Notes under the pieces: generated by a model | What the model saw: only the letters and a program-made list of their open reading frames with translations | Told to the model about the DNA's origin: nothing | Databases searched by the model: none | Position numbers and translations under genes: made by a program | Shown here: positions 47,600 through 57,877 of the stretch, in pieces | Layout: each line of letters starts with the position of its first letter | Position numbering within the stretch: position 1 is the stretch's first letter | From: Alphaproteobacteria bacterium | GTDB taxonomy: Bacteria; Pseudomonadota; Alphaproteobacteria; GCA-2731375 | Reading direction: 5' to 3' | Assembly: GCA_965232515.1 (NCBI GenBank) | Contig: CBDDPY010000002.1 | Coordinates: forward strand, 3,008,001 to 3,072,000 | DNA length: 64,000 nucleotides

Positions 47600-50500
47600 A
47601 TGAACCTGACCGGATTCGCGCTTAACAACACCCGCCTGACGGCGCTTGTTGTGGCCATGTTGGCCATCGCCGGCGTGCTGCTGTTCCTGAACTACCCCAG
47701 CAAGGAGGACCCCGAGGTGACGGTGCGCGAGGCGGTGGTCGCCGCCTATTTCCCCGGCATGTCGCCGGAGCGCGTCGAAAACCTGATCACCCGCAAGCTG
47801 GAAAAGGAAATCCGCCGCATCCCCGAGGTCAAGAAGATCAAGTCCAGCTCGAAGACCGGCGTCTCGATCATCCACGTCGTCGTCTACGACCGCTTCTTCG
47901 AGATGGAACCGATCTGGCAGAACCTGCGCAACAAGATGGCCGAAGCCCGGCCGCAACTGCCGCGCGGCGCCATCGGTCCCTTCGTCAACAGCGACTTCGG
48001 CGACGTCAACGTCGCCACCGTCGCGCTCACCGCCAACGGCTTCTCGTTCGAGGAGATGCGCAAAGTCGCCCGCGACATCCGCGACGAGCTCTACGCCGTC
48101 GACGGCATCCGCCGGGTCGAGCTGCATGGCGTGCAGCGGGAACGGATCTACCTCGAAACCACGAATGCGCGGCTCGCCCGCTACGGTCTGTCGCCCGAGG
48201 AGCTGATCGCCACGCTGGAGGCGCAGAACATCATCCTGCCGGGCGGCCGCGTCGAAGTCGGCGGCTACGGCGTCGTCATCGAGCCGAGCGGCAATTTCGA
48301 TTCCATCGACGACATCCGCGACACCGTGATCACCATCCCGGCCACCGAGCAGGTCGCCTATCTGCGCGACGTGCTGAACGTGCGCCGGGCCTACGAGGAT
48401 CCGCCGCAGGCGCTCGCCTATTACAACGGCGAGCCGGCCATCGTGCTCGCCGTCTCGATGCAGAAGACGGGCGTCAACGTGCTCGACTTCGGGCCGCGCA
48501 TCAAAGAGAAGATCGCCGAGATCGAGGCCGAGCTGCCGGTCGGCTACGCCCTCGACTTCGCCACCTACCAGGCGGACTACGTCGCCGAGTCGGTCGAAGG
48601 CGTCACCCTCAACGTCTACGAGACGCTCGGCATCGTGCTGGCCATGGTCATGCTGTTCCTGGGCTGGCGCACCGGCCTTATCGTCGGCTCGATCGTGCCG
48701 CTGACCATGCTGGTCTCGCTGGTGCTGATGAGCGTGTTCGGCATCGAGCTGCAGCGCGTCAGCCTGGCGACCATGATCATCGCGCTCGGCCTGCTGGTCG
48801 ACAACGGCATCGTCATCGCCGAGGACATCGGCCGGCGCATGGCCGAAGGCGCCAGCCGCCGCGAGGCGGCGCTCGGCACCGGGCAACAGCTTTCGCTGCC
48901 GCTGTTGACCTCGTCGCTCACCACCATCCTCGCCTTCATGCCGCTGATGCTGGCGAGCGACAGCTCAGGCGAGTACATGCGCTCGATGTCGCTGGTCATC
49001 CTGATCGCGCTGATGACCTCGTGGCTGCTGGCCATGTGCTTCACGCCGCTGCTCTGCGTCTGGTTCATGGGCCAGCCCAAGCAGACGCCCGAACAGGTCA
49101 AGGCCGCCTTCGACGGCCGCGTCTACCGCATCTACAAGGCCTTCCTGCGGCTGCTGCTGAGGGCGCGCATCCCCTTCGTCGGCGCGGTCGCGGCCGGCCT
49201 CGTCGGCGGTTTCATCCTGCTGGGCCAGGTGCCGCAGCAGTTCTTCCCGGAATCCTCACGCAACCAGTTCTACATCTATCTCGACCTGCCGAACGGCGCC
49301 ACGACCAAGGCCACCGACGCGACCGTGCGCGACGTCGTCGAATGGCTCGGCGACGAGACCGTCAATCCCGAGGTCGTCGCCAACGTCGCCTATGTCGGCT
49401 ACGGCGGCCCGCGCTTCTTCGTGCCGCTGGCACCGCGTGACGAGGACCCGCATGTCGCCTTCGTGCTGGTCACCGTCACGGACGCCGCCGCCGTCGACGT
49501 GGTGCAGGAACGCGCCCGTAGCTATTTGGCCGAAACCCATCCCGAGGCGCTCGGCCGGCTGAAGAAGTTCTTCCTCGGCAACTCCGAGACGGGACTTTTG
49601 GAAGTGCGGGTGCGCGGCCGCGATCTCGACACCGTGGCGGCATTCGGCAAGGACGTCGAGGCGGCGCTCCGCGCCATACCCGGCGCCATCGACGTGCACA
49701 ACAACTGGGAGAACCGGACCACCAAGATCCAGGTCAAGATCGACCAGACCCGGGCGCGCCGGGCCGGTGTCACCTCAAAAGAAATTGCCCAGAGCCTGAA
49801 CGCCTTCTTCTCGGGCGGCACCGTCACGGCCTACCGCGAGGGCGACCAGGTGATCCCGATCGTGCTCCGGGCGGCCGACGCCGAGCGCACCAATCTCGAC
49901 CGGCTGCGCTCGATCGAGGTCTATTCGGAAAGCGGCGGCCATAGCGTCCTGCTGTCTGACGTCGCCGACTTCGTGCCGGTCAATCAGTACAGCCGCATTG
50001 AGCGCTATAATCTCAAGCGCACCGTCACCGTGCAGGCCAAGCACTCCTGGCTGCAGGCCATTGAGCTGGTGCAGGCGCTCGAGCCCGCGCTCGCCGAGAT
50101 CGAAGCCAAGTTGCCGGCCGGCTACAGCATCGAGATCGGCGGCGAGCCCGAGGACGCGGCAAAGGGCCAGGACGCGCTGTTCGAGTTCGTGCCGCACTGC
50201 CTGGCGCTGATCGTGCTGCTGCTGGTCTGGCAGTTCAACTCCTTCGCCAAGCCGGCGATCATCTTCATCACCATCCCGCTGTCCTTCGTCGGCGCCGCCA
50301 TCGGCCTGTTGGCGACGGGCGCGTTCATGGGCTTCATGGCGATGCTCGGCTTCCTCAGTCTCGCCGGCATCATCATCAACAACGCCATCGTGCTGCTCGA
50401 CCAGATCCAGGTCGAGATCGACGACGGGGCGACGCCCTACGACGCCGTCATCAACGCCTCGGTCAGCCGCTTCCAGCCGGTGATGATGACGACGCTCACC

Positions 50501-50701
50501 ACCATCCTCGGCCTGCTGCCGCTGATGCTGCCGCCGGATCCGCTGTTCTTCGCCATGGCGGTGGTGATCGCGGCCGGGCTGTCGGTCGGCACGATCCTGA
50601 CGCTCGCCACCGTGCCAGTGCTCTACACGCTGTTCCACGGCGTCAAGATCCCGCGCGGCGACAGCGCGGCGGCGAGCCCGGCGTTGGCCCCGGCCGAATA
50701 G
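47600..50701 (+). CDS. RND efflux transporter permease (AcrB/AcrD/AcrF family)
   Basis: 1033 aa; PGMSPERVE, ALGLLVDNGIV, GIIINNAIVL, RFQPVMMTTLTTILGLLPL. Confidence 0.96.
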   Translation: MNLTGFALNNTRLTALVVAMLAIAGVLLFLNYPSKEDPEVTVREAVVAAYFPGMSPERVENLITRKLEKEIRRIPEVKKIKSSSKTGVSIIHVVVYDRFFEMEPIWQNLRNKMAEARPQLPRGAIGPFVNSDFGDVNVATVALTANGFSFEEMRKVARDIRDELYAVDGIRRVELHGVQRERIYLETTNARLARYGLSPEELIATLEAQNIILPGGRVEVGGYGVVIEPSGNFDSIDDIRDTVITIPATEQVAYLRDVLNVRRAYEDPPQALAYYNGEPAIVLAVSMQKTGVNVLDFGPRIKEKIAEIEAELPVGYALDFATYQADYVAESVEGVTLNVYETLGIVLAMVMLFLGWRTGLIVGSIVPLTMLVSLVLMSVFGIELQRVSLATMIIALGLLVDNGIVIAEDIGRRMAEGASRREAALGTGQQLSLPLLTSSLTTILAFMPLMLASDSSGEYMRSMSLVILIALMTSWLLAMCFTPLLCVWFMGQPKQTPEQVKAAFDGRVYRIYKAFLRLLLRARIPFVGAVAAGLVGGFILLGQVPQQFFPESSRNQFYIYLDLPNGATTKATDATVRDVVEWLGDETVNPEVVANVAYVGYGGPRFFVPLAPRDEDPHVAFVLVTVTDAAAVDVVQERARSYLAETHPEALGRLKKFFLGNSETGLLEVRVRGRDLDTVAAFGKDVEAALRAIPGAIDVHNNWENRTTKIQVKIDQTRARRAGVTSKEIAQSLNAFFSGGTVTAYREGDQVIPIVLRAADAERTNLDRLRSIEVYSESGGHSVLLSDVADFVPVNQYSRIERYNLKRTVTVQAKHSWLQAIELVQALEPALAEIEAKLPAGYSIEIGGEPEDAAKGQDALFEFVPHCLALIVLLLVWQFNSFAKPAIIFITIPLSFVGAAIGLLATGAFMGFMAMLGFLSLAGIIINNAIVLLDQIQVEIDDGATPYDAVINASVSRFQPVMMTTLTTILGLLPLMLPPDPLFFAMAVVIAAGLSVGTILTLATVPVLYTLFHGVKIPRGDSAAASPALAPAE

Positions 50702-50713
50702 GGAGGACGGATC

Positions 50714-51388
50714 ATGCCTGCCGTCACCGAAGCCGCGCCCGCCTTCGTCGGCAGGCTCGACGTCCGCCGCCACCGCTTCGTCCTGCTGCTGGCATCGCTC
50801 GTGCTGCTGCTGGTGCTGTCGCCGGCGCTGGATGGCAGTCCGGCGGGCAGCCTGCTGATCGCCGTCCTGTTCACGCTCGTGCTGCTCGCCGCGGTGTTCG
50901 CGGCGGGCGGCCGTCGGTCGACGCTGGCCGTCGCACTCGGCTTCGCCGTGCCCTGGCTCTACTTGAGCTGGCTGCATCCGCTCTGGCGGGCCGAGCCCAT
51001 CGACGTGGTCGCGGATCTGCTGCTGATCGGCCTCGCGGCCTACGTGCTCGCCCTGGTGCTGGCGCGCGTGCTGCGGGCGGAACGCATCGGCGTCGACGCC
51101 ATCTGCGGCGCCATCGCCGTCTATCTGCTGACCGGTGTGGTCTGGGCCGTCTGCTACGGCGTCATCGAGGCGCTCGCTCCCGGCTCGTTCCGCCTCGCCG
51201 ACGCGGACGCCGGGATGGTCTGGAACCAGCTCCTCTACTACAGCCTCGTCACCCTCACGACGCTCGGCTACGGCGACATCACCCCGCTCACCGCCGCCGC
51301 CCGCATCTGGTCGGCGCTGGAAGCCGTCACCGGCACCCTCTACCTCGCCGTCCTCATCGCCCGCCTCGTCAGCCTCTACCGCCACTAG
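50714..51388 (+). CDS. Potassium channel family protein (Ion_trans_2)
   Basis: YYSLVTLTTLGYGDITP selectivity filter after several TMs. Confidence 0.9.
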   Translation: MPAVTEAAPAFVGRLDVRRHRFVLLLASLVLLLVLSPALDGSPAGSLLIAVLFTLVLLAAVFAAGGRRSTLAVALGFAVPWLYLSWLHPLWRAEPIDVVADLLLIGLAAYVLALVLARVLRAERIGVDAICGAIAVYLLTGVVWAVCYGVIEALAPGSFRLADADAGMVWNQLLYYSLVTLTTLGYGDITPLTAAARIWSALEAVTGTLYLAVLIARLVSLYRH

Positions 51389-51404
51389 GACGGCGCGTCA
51401 CAGA

Positions 51405-51428
51405 ATTCCGGTGACAGTAACCATAACT
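51405..51428. repeat. REP-like repeat, family C
   Basis: ATTCCGGTGACAGTAACCATAACT, identical to 8388-8411; between convergent genes. Confidence 0.85.
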
Positions 51429-51435
51429 CCGCCGC

Positions 51436-51918
51436 TCAGACGTCCGCCGCTGCGCCGAGGTCGTGATACTGGCTGGAATAGAAGATCAGCGGCTGGGCCT
51501 CGCCGTGGCTGCAGGCCTGGACCGCGCCGATCAAGAGCGTGTGGTCGGCGACGACCATCGATTGCTCGACGGCGCAGTCGAAATAGGCGAGCGCGCCCAC
51601 GAGCTTCGGCATGCCGTCGACATCCTCGAAGTCCGGCGTCAGCCCCGGCACCCGCTTGCCGGCGAAGTGGTTGGAGAGGTCCCGCGCCGAGGCCGGCAGG
51701 ACGTTGACGCCGAACCGGCGGCTGCTCTCGATGGCGCTCAGCGTGCGACCCGTCATCACCGAGACCACCACGGTCGGCGGCGCGAGACTGATTGACGTAA
51801 AGCTGTTCGCCGTCATGCCGGCGATCTGGCCGTCCGGGTTGCGCGAAGTAATGACCGTGACGCCCGTCGTGAACCGCGACATCGCCCGTCGGAACGCCGC
51901 CGGATCGGGATGCCGCAT
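51436..51918 (-). CDS. Flavin reductase (StyB/HpaC-like)
   Basis: FRRAMSRFTTGVTVIT, GMTANSFTSISL.PP, ADHTLLIG, PLIF. Confidence 0.92.
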   Translation of the reverse strand: MRHPDPAAFRRAMSRFTTGVTVITSRNPDGQIAGMTANSFTSISLAPPTVVVSVMTGRTLSAIESSRRFGVNVLPASARDLSNHFAGKRVPGLTPDFEDVDGMPKLVGALAYFDCAVEQSMVVADHTLLIGAVQACSHGEAQPLIFYSSQYHDLGAAADV

Positions 51919-51922
51919 CGCG

Positions 51923-52219
51923 TTACGCCTCCACCGGAAAATGAAACACCTCGGCGCCGCCGGGCGAATAGTTCGGCACGTCGTCCGCCACCGCGCGCCC
52001 CGCGTCCGACGCCATCGCCGCCCCCAGCGCCGCGCCGTCCTCGAAATAGGCCTGGAAAATGCAGAAAACGTTAACCGGACCCACCGCCTCGGGATAGGCG
52101 AAGTGCATGCGCAGCAGCCCCGGCAGCTTCTCGGCGAGCTTGAGGTGCGTGCCCTCGTAATAGGCCTTGAATGCCGCCGCGTCGTCGGGCCGGGGATAGA
52201 TCACGGTCAGGCAATGCAT
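51923..52219 (-). CDS. EthD-family protein
   Basis: VIYPRP.D..AF..YY...H..LA.KLPGL, V.DDVPNY. Confidence 0.88.
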   Translation of the reverse strand: MHCLTVIYPRPDDAAAFKAYYEGTHLKLAEKLPGLLRMHFAYPEAVGPVNVFCIFQAYFEDGAALGAAMASDAGRAVADDVPNYSPGGAEVFHFPVEA

Positions 52220-52231
52220 CGCGCCGCCCGC

Positions 52232-53470
52232 CTATTCCGCCGCGACGGCGTTCGCCGACGCCCGCTCGATCCAGGCCTGGATGCGCGCCGGCGAGCCGAG
52301 ATTGTCCCACTGCCGCTCAGGCGCGTTGAAGTTCTCGGTGAACTCGTCGCAGAGCGCCTTGTTCTGGCTCATCGCGCCGATCAGCATCTGCAGCGCTTCC
52401 GACGGCGGCTCCATCACCAGGTTGGTCCAGCGCGCCGCGCCCAGCACCCGGTCCTGCCGCTTCCAGTTCACCTTCTCGACGAAGCGCCGGTCCAGCACCG
52501 ACGCCGCGGCGATCTCTTCGCCCAACACGAAGGCCGAGTACGACGCGATGTTGGCGCCCTGCCCGTTCACCGGATCGAGCGTCGCGTGCACGTCGCCGAC
52601 GGCGACGGCGAACCTGCCGTTGTCGAACTCGAATGCGGTCTCCCGCACGGTCGGCGCCACGCCGCCTTGCAGCACGTCGACCGGCTGGCACAGGTCGAAC
52701 CGCGCCGTATCGACCCGGTCGTAGACCGCCGGATGGTGCTTCTCCAGGGCCTCCAAGATCACTTGCAGGAACGCCTTGGGGTCGTCTTCGTATCGCGTGG
52801 TGACCGTCGCCTCCAGTTCGGTGCCGGGGATGTTCTCCATCAGCAGCGCCGTGCCGATGCCGTCGAAGGTGATCGTCGGAATGACGATCAGCTCGCCCAT
52901 TTCAGGCGTCACGGACAGCGTCACGTTCATGGGCTCGGGATGCGCGACGCCCGTATAGAGGCCGACGCAAAGCCGCCGCTGCGGCTGCCGGTAGGGCGAT
53001 TCCGCCGCGTCCAGGCCGAACATTGCCCCCAGCGGCCCCTTGCCCACGGCGACGACCAGCAGGTCGAACCGCTCGGCAAGCGGCTGGATATCGTTCTCCT
53101 CGATCCGGCGGTACTCAATTCGACCGCCGCGATCGGAGAAGTCATTCATCAGCGCCGGCAGGTAGATCCGATAGTCGACGGCCCGCGACGGCTTCTTGAA
53201 GTGGCCCCGAAAATTCAGCGGCTCGGGGAAGTTAAACCAGTGGTCGTGATAGTGGTAATGGTCGGCCATTGCTGGCCAGTGGTTCACGCCCAGCGCGCTC
53301 TCGCGCGTCAGCGTCGTATGGTGGTGCGCCACCGTGTTCAGCAGCCGTGAATCGCGATAGGCGTCCGGTTCCCGGTCCGTGATAACAGTCGCCTCGATCC
53401 CCCGCTGCTGCAGATAGAGCGCCAGGTGCAGCCCGGCGATCCCCGCGCCGACGATCCCGATTTTGTGCAT
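52232..53470 (-). CDS. Styrene/indole monooxygenase oxygenase subunit (StyA-like)
   Basis: IGIVGAGIAGL, RLLNTVAHH..T..RE, SRAVDYRIYLPALM, GDVHATLDPVNGQGAN. Confidence 0.9.
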   Translation of the reverse strand: MHKIGIVGAGIAGLHLALYLQQRGIEATVITDREPDAYRDSRLLNTVAHHHTTLTRESALGVNHWPAMADHYHYHDHWFNFPEPLNFRGHFKKPSRAVDYRIYLPALMNDFSDRGGRIEYRRIEENDIQPLAERFDLLVVAVGKGPLGAMFGLDAAESPYRQPQRRLCVGLYTGVAHPEPMNVTLSVTPEMGELIVIPTITFDGIGTALLMENIPGTELEATVTTRYEDDPKAFLQVILEALEKHHPAVYDRVDTARFDLCQPVDVLQGGVAPTVRETAFEFDNGRFAVAVGDVHATLDPVNGQGANIASYSAFVLGEEIAAASVLDRRFVEKVNWKRQDRVLGAARWTNLVMEPPSEALQMLIGAMSQNKALCDEFTENFNAPERQWDNLGSPARIQAWIERASANAVAAE

Positions 53471-53551
53471 GAGCGGCCTCCCATCCTTGTTGTTGGCCAA
53501 ACTCTATTGCACGCCCCATTCATTCGGAATAACACTATCCGGATAAGATAA

Positions 53552-53566
53552 ATTCCTGATTGGAAT
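53552..53566. promoter_or_regulatory. LysR-type binding box
   Basis: ATTCC-tgatt-GGAAT (contains T-N11-A) upstream of the styA-like gene, with a divergent LysR. Confidence 0.6.
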
Positions 53567-53660
53567 ATATCTCCGAGCACCTGAAGCGGGATGGCATTTG
53601 GTGAAAGCAAGCGGACATCGTGACGCCTTTGGCTCCGGCGACATCGCCAACCGATGGCCG

Positions 53661-53789
53661 ATCCTTCGAGACGCGCCCTGGCGGGCGCTCCTCAGGATGA
53701 GGTTTGCGTTTGATATCAGCACCTTACCTCATGCTGAGGAGACCCCGAAGGGGTCGTCTCGAAGCAGGCGATATCGGTTCGCGGCGGCG
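53661..53789. repeat. Palindromic intergenic repeat, family B
   Basis: CCTTCGAGACG..CTCCTCAGGATGAGG..CCTCATGCTGAGGAG..CGTCTCGAAGC, plus a 23-bp flank shared in inverted orientation with 59437-59459. Confidence 0.85.
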
Positions 53790-53872
53790 CCACCAGCAGC
53801 GTTCCGTTACCCGAGCCCGCTTCCCCGCCAACCCATCCCTGCCTGAGCGCACGCAACCAACGGACCGACGCG

Positions 53873-54787
53873 ATGGACCGGATCGACTGCCTCACGGCCT
53901 TCGTGCACGTCCTGGAAAGCGGCAGCTTTTCCGGCGCGGCGCGCCGGCTCGGCACCACCCAGCCGACGATCAGCAAACGCATCGCCATGCTGGAGGGCGA
54001 GTTCGGCGCCAAGCTGTTCCTGCGCTCGACCCGGCGTCTGGTGCCGACATCAGAGGCCGAGCGCGTCTACGAGCAGGCCCGCGCCATCCTCGAGATGTTC
54101 GATTCCGCCCGCGCCAGCGCCCGCGACATCACGCCCCAGCCCGCCGGCACGCTGACCCTGAGCATCCCGTCATCCGTCGGCCGCAACCTGCTGATGCCGC
54201 TCATCGCCGATTTCGGCCGGCAGTACCCGGACGTCGCCCTCGACCTCCGCCTGACCGAGCGCCAGGTGAACCTGGTCGAGGAAGGCGTCGAGCTCGCGCT
54301 GCGCATCGGCGAGCTCAAGGACAGCGCGCTCCGCGCCCGCCCGCTCGGCCGCGTCCGCCGCTTCGCCGTCGCCAGCCCGACATACCTGCACGGTCGCCCG
54401 GCCCCGCGCGATCCCGCCGACCTGGCGGACCATCTCTGCATCGGCTATTCGCGTTTCGCCGAAGCCGTGCAATGGGTGTTCGAGAGCGAGCACGGCCGCC
54501 ACGTCGCCGACGTCGACTGCACGATCAAGCTCGACGACGCCGACGCCATGCAGGCCGCCGTCCGCCAGGGCCTCGGCATCGCCATCCTCCCCATCTGGCT
54601 GGTCACCCCCCTGGTCGCGACCGGCGACCTCGAAATCGTCATGCCCGACCACACCGTCCCCAGCCTCCCCATCCACGCCGTCTACACCGAACCCCGCACG
54701 CTATCGCTCCGCGCCCGCCGCTTCCTGGATCTCCTCATCGACCGCCGCACGATCTTCGAAATCCCGGCGCCGGTCGACGATGTCTGA
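53873..54787 (+). CDS. LysR-family regulator (CrgA/DmlR-like)
   Basis: MDRIDC..AFV.V.ESGSFSGAARRL..TQPTISK, LF.RSTR, VNLVEEG.ELALRIG. Confidence 0.95.
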   Translation: MDRIDCLTAFVHVLESGSFSGAARRLGTTQPTISKRIAMLEGEFGAKLFLRSTRRLVPTSEAERVYEQARAILEMFDSARASARDITPQPAGTLTLSIPSSVGRNLLMPLIADFGRQYPDVALDLRLTERQVNLVEEGVELALRIGELKDSALRARPLGRVRRFAVASPTYLHGRPAPRDPADLADHLCIGYSRFAEAVQWVFESEHGRHVADVDCTIKLDDADAMQAAVRQGLGIAILPIWLVTPLVATGDLEIVMPDHTVPSLPIHAVYTEPRTLSLRARRFLDLLIDRRTIFEIPAPVDDV

Positions 54788-55272
54788 ACGCGAAAGTTTC
54801 AGGAAAAATTTGTTGGTCTCATAGCAGAGGCCACGCGCCAATCGCGGAGTGTTTATGTGGAGAGATTGTTATCCAGAATCGCCAAAAAGTCGTCCCGGAC
54901 ATGACGATGCTGATGCAGGACCTAACAATCCGCATCAATATCGCCGTCTAGACGGACGGAGCCGAGGCAAAACCCGATCCGGAGTCCATATAGATACGAC
55001 CACGCCATTCGAGCAATACGATTGCCGCATGAAACGTACGGACAATCTTGCGCTAGTTCCGTATGCCTCTATCCCGCAATGGTTGCTAGACTGGTGTCAC
55101 TTGAGTTTGTGACTGGACATTGAGCACAGACTAGAGGCGGTCCTGTCCGTGTTGTCGATTGTGAGCTTGAGCGGTACACGGTCGAAACCTTCACGTGTTC
55201 TGCATTGTAGCTATGAACTCCAGTTGAAATTTTACATATATACGCCCTTGGGCAACAAAAGACGAGATAACA

Positions 55273-55983
55273 ATGACTACTCTTGATGAAAATAGCGCAT
55301 ATCATGTTACGAAAGATCATGCAGAAGCTTTTGGCGCTCAGTCAAAATTGAGCAATAGGCTTTGGCTTACGCTAATAATATTGATTTTTTTTGTTGTTTT
55401 ACCCTCCAAGACCAACAATTGCGTTGAACAGGATCACACACTTCCATTTGGTATTGGATGTATTGATGGAGCCTTGTTCGACATCCTATCTTTCTTCATG
55501 TTGGCAGTATTCATGATTTCATTTTGCCAAACACATGCGGGAGTAGTGCTAGCATATAGACGTGCTCATAGCGCTATCAATAGACTAGGAGAGCCGGGAT
55601 CCGATCTGGTTGAAAGCCAGCGTCGATTTTTCGACGCGATGACCACACCATCTTTAAGCCGTGTCGGATCGCTTCCAATCTTGCTTCTCGTGAAATCTGC
55701 CAGCCCCAGCGCACGCAATTCTATTGCTGCCTACTATTATTTGTTTCTAAAAATTTTTGCGACCACAAGTCATCTTGGAATACCAATATTGGCTTTTTCT
55801 TTCGCATGGCAGCGTTTGATATTCAATGCAGCAACCCCAGAGTGGGTTCTATGGTTTGGTACAGCCACTGGCGTGGTTACATTTGTGGCGTCAGTTCAGA
55901 TCTGTATTGCAGAGGTCTCCCAAGTATCGCGCACGTTTCGCAGGTTCATGAGAGGTGAAATTCACCCTGTTGGTGTGGATTGA
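55273..55983 (+). CDS. AT-rich orphan membrane protein (about 4 TM)
   Basis: 236-aa ORF in a visibly AT-rich segment; hydrophobic helices; no motif recognised. Confidence 0.65.
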   Translation: MTTLDENSAYHVTKDHAEAFGAQSKLSNRLWLTLIILIFFVVLPSKTNNCVEQDHTLPFGIGCIDGALFDILSFFMLAVFMISFCQTHAGVVLAYRRAHSAINRLGEPGSDLVESQRRFFDAMTTPSLSRVGSLPILLLVKSASPSARNSIAAYYYLFLKIFATTSHLGIPILAFSFAWQRLIFNAATPEWVLWFGTATGVVTFVASVQICIAEVSQVSRTFRRFMRGEIHPVGVD

Positions 55984-56142
55984 TTGGTGGAAACACGGTC
56001 GTGCTGAGCCAGTAGGTCTGCGCTCAGACTGAGTTGGAGCTATCATACCGCAATGCGCAGCCGTATTTTATGACTTTACGGTTGATTACGGTGACAGTGC
56101 ACTTAACACGGGATGTACAGCCGGCTACACACCGGCCGTCAC

Positions 56143-56493
56143 CTACCTTCCATAATGAAACCCTTTGGCCGTGACCAGCCAGTCGCCATCGATGCGATGG
56201 TAGGCCAGGCAGTCGACATAGACCGCCTTGTTGATGCGGACGCGGATCTTGACGAGCGCCTGGTCGTCGGTGGCGAAGTCGATCAGCAGGACCTGTTGCT
56301 CGCGCGGGGCGTTTTGCGATTTCGGTGACGGCTGGCTGCCGAGCGCCTCGCGGTGGGTCGTCGCGGTCAGCATGCGCATCTCGCCGTTGAAGAAGCCGTG
56401 CATTTGCGCGGTGGGTAAGAACACCCGGTCGAAGCGCGACGTGTCGGAGTCGTTTATCAGGTCGAAATCGCGGTCGACGGCGACGAATAGGCC
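56143..56493 (-). pseudogene. 5'-truncated, diverged duplicate of the NTF2-like gene at 57878-58243
   Basis: Translates GLFVAVDRDFDLINDSDTSRFDRVF...RIDGDWLVTAKGFH, versus GLLAAVDRYFDLMYDSDTSRFDRVF... in the intact copy. Original ATG/RBS absent; in-frame TGA just upstream. Confidence 0.8.
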
Positions 56494-56752
56494 ACTTTGG
56501 TGACGTGCTTCACATCATGGGGGTGGTTCTGCGCGTTATATGATCGGCTAGGCAGCTGTATGCACGAAAAAGGGCCGTAAGCGGCAGCATTGGCAACCAG
56601 ACGGGACAGCCATGCCGCAAGTGCTCGGATGAACTCAACAGGGATTTTGCCGTCAGCAGCCGACATGGCCGACGCACGGACGGCGGTGCTTTTTGACGGC
56701 GTCGATTGAGACACTTGGGGATATCGCTCCGGCAAGCCTATGGAGGAGCCAG

Positions 56753-57757
56753 ATGTCGATTGCGACTGCGTCCATCAAGGGTCCTGTTGCGGAAAACACC
56801 ACCAGTTCACCACCGCATGACAAAACGGCGGCAATTCACCACAAGAGCGCGCCAGACGGTCGCCCTAAGGCAAAGGAATCGGGCTCTGTACATGATGCAA
56901 GGTTGAGCAAACCGGCGACGTCCACAAAGGCCGGCGGATCTAGCGGCCGCCGCCTCGTCAGCCGGTGGTTTTCGAGTGATCAAGTCTATCCAGACGCCGG
57001 CGAGGCGGTCTCCATCGAAGAAGCGGAAGCGCTGCTGAAATACGTGGCCGAGAAAGGACTGGATCGGCCGGCGAAATTCACGGGCCCATTGCTGAAGGCC
57101 GTAACCGACTGCCGGACAGCAGAGAACGCGAACGCTCGGGTGGCGCACTACCACGATCTCTACAAACACTATTCGGCGCTGACGGCGCAGCCGTTTATCC
57201 CGAGCGGCGTGAACGGTCGAACGATCATCGATACCGAGAACCTGTTCCTCGGCACATTTTGGATTATCGCGTTGGGGCTCGTATTTTTCGTCTGCGGCGT
57301 GGCGATGGAGGTCTTTGGCCTCTATTTCAGAGATGTTACCGAGGTCTCCCAGCCCGGCACGACCGAAGCCGTCCTTTTCAAGGTCCACGAATTTGGCGGC
57401 CGATTTCTGTCTCCGTTTTTCTGGGGCGGCGTCGGAACCTGCGTCTATCTCGCAAAATCACTGTCGGAAAAGGCCAGCAACCAGGCTTTCGACTCGCGCC
57501 GATTGTATGGCCATCGCGCCCGCGTCTTCCTTGGCGCGGTATTCGCGGTGATTGTCGTTGAGATCTTCCAACTACGGCCGGGCGAGATCACGAACGGGAT
57601 AAACATCGCGCCAAACGCGACGGCGTTTCTGTGCGGTTTGGGTGTGAAGGCCGTTTACGCCGCGTTCGAAAAGCTGGTCGATACAATTCACGACCGCATC
57701 AAGGGCATGGGCGCAGGAAGTGCAGCGGCGCCTGTCGTCGTCACGTCGCGCCGATAA
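56753..57757 (+). CDS. Hypothetical membrane protein (soluble N-terminus, about 4 C-terminal TMs)
   Basis: GGAGG RBS; FFWGGVGTCVY, RVFLGAVFAV, AFLCGLGVKAVY..FEKL hydrophobic motifs. Confidence 0.7.
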   Translation: MSIATASIKGPVAENTTSSPPHDKTAAIHHKSAPDGRPKAKESGSVHDARLSKPATSTKAGGSSGRRLVSRWFSSDQVYPDAGEAVSIEEAEALLKYVAEKGLDRPAKFTGPLLKAVTDCRTAENANARVAHYHDLYKHYSALTAQPFIPSGVNGRTIIDTENLFLGTFWIIALGLVFFVCGVAMEVFGLYFRDVTEVSQPGTTEAVLFKVHEFGGRFLSPFFWGGVGTCVYLAKSLSEKASNQAFDSRRLYGHRARVFLGAVFAVIVVEIFQLRPGEITNGINIAPNATAFLCGLGVKAVYAAFEKLVDTIHDRIKGMGAGSAAAPVVVTSRR

Positions 57758-57810
57758 CCGTCCGGCTCCGGACGACGCCGCGATCGGTCCCGGACGGACC
57801 TCACTCAGTC

Positions 57811-57850
57811 GACTGGCCGGATTTGCGGTTTGCCGCAAGCCCGGCCAGTC
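57811..57850. terminator. Long hairpin between convergent genes
   Basis: GACTGGCCGG-ATTTGCGG-tttg-CCGCAAGC-CCGGCCAGTC. Confidence 0.5.
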
Positions 57851-57877
57851 CTGACAGGTTATTCACGTCGGCCCCGC

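Noticed and set aside
54790-55270. Short ORFs in the AT-rich spacer (54849-55112, 55069-55320)
   Set aside because: No clear RBS, motif or protein-like composition. They may be remnants but cannot be supported.
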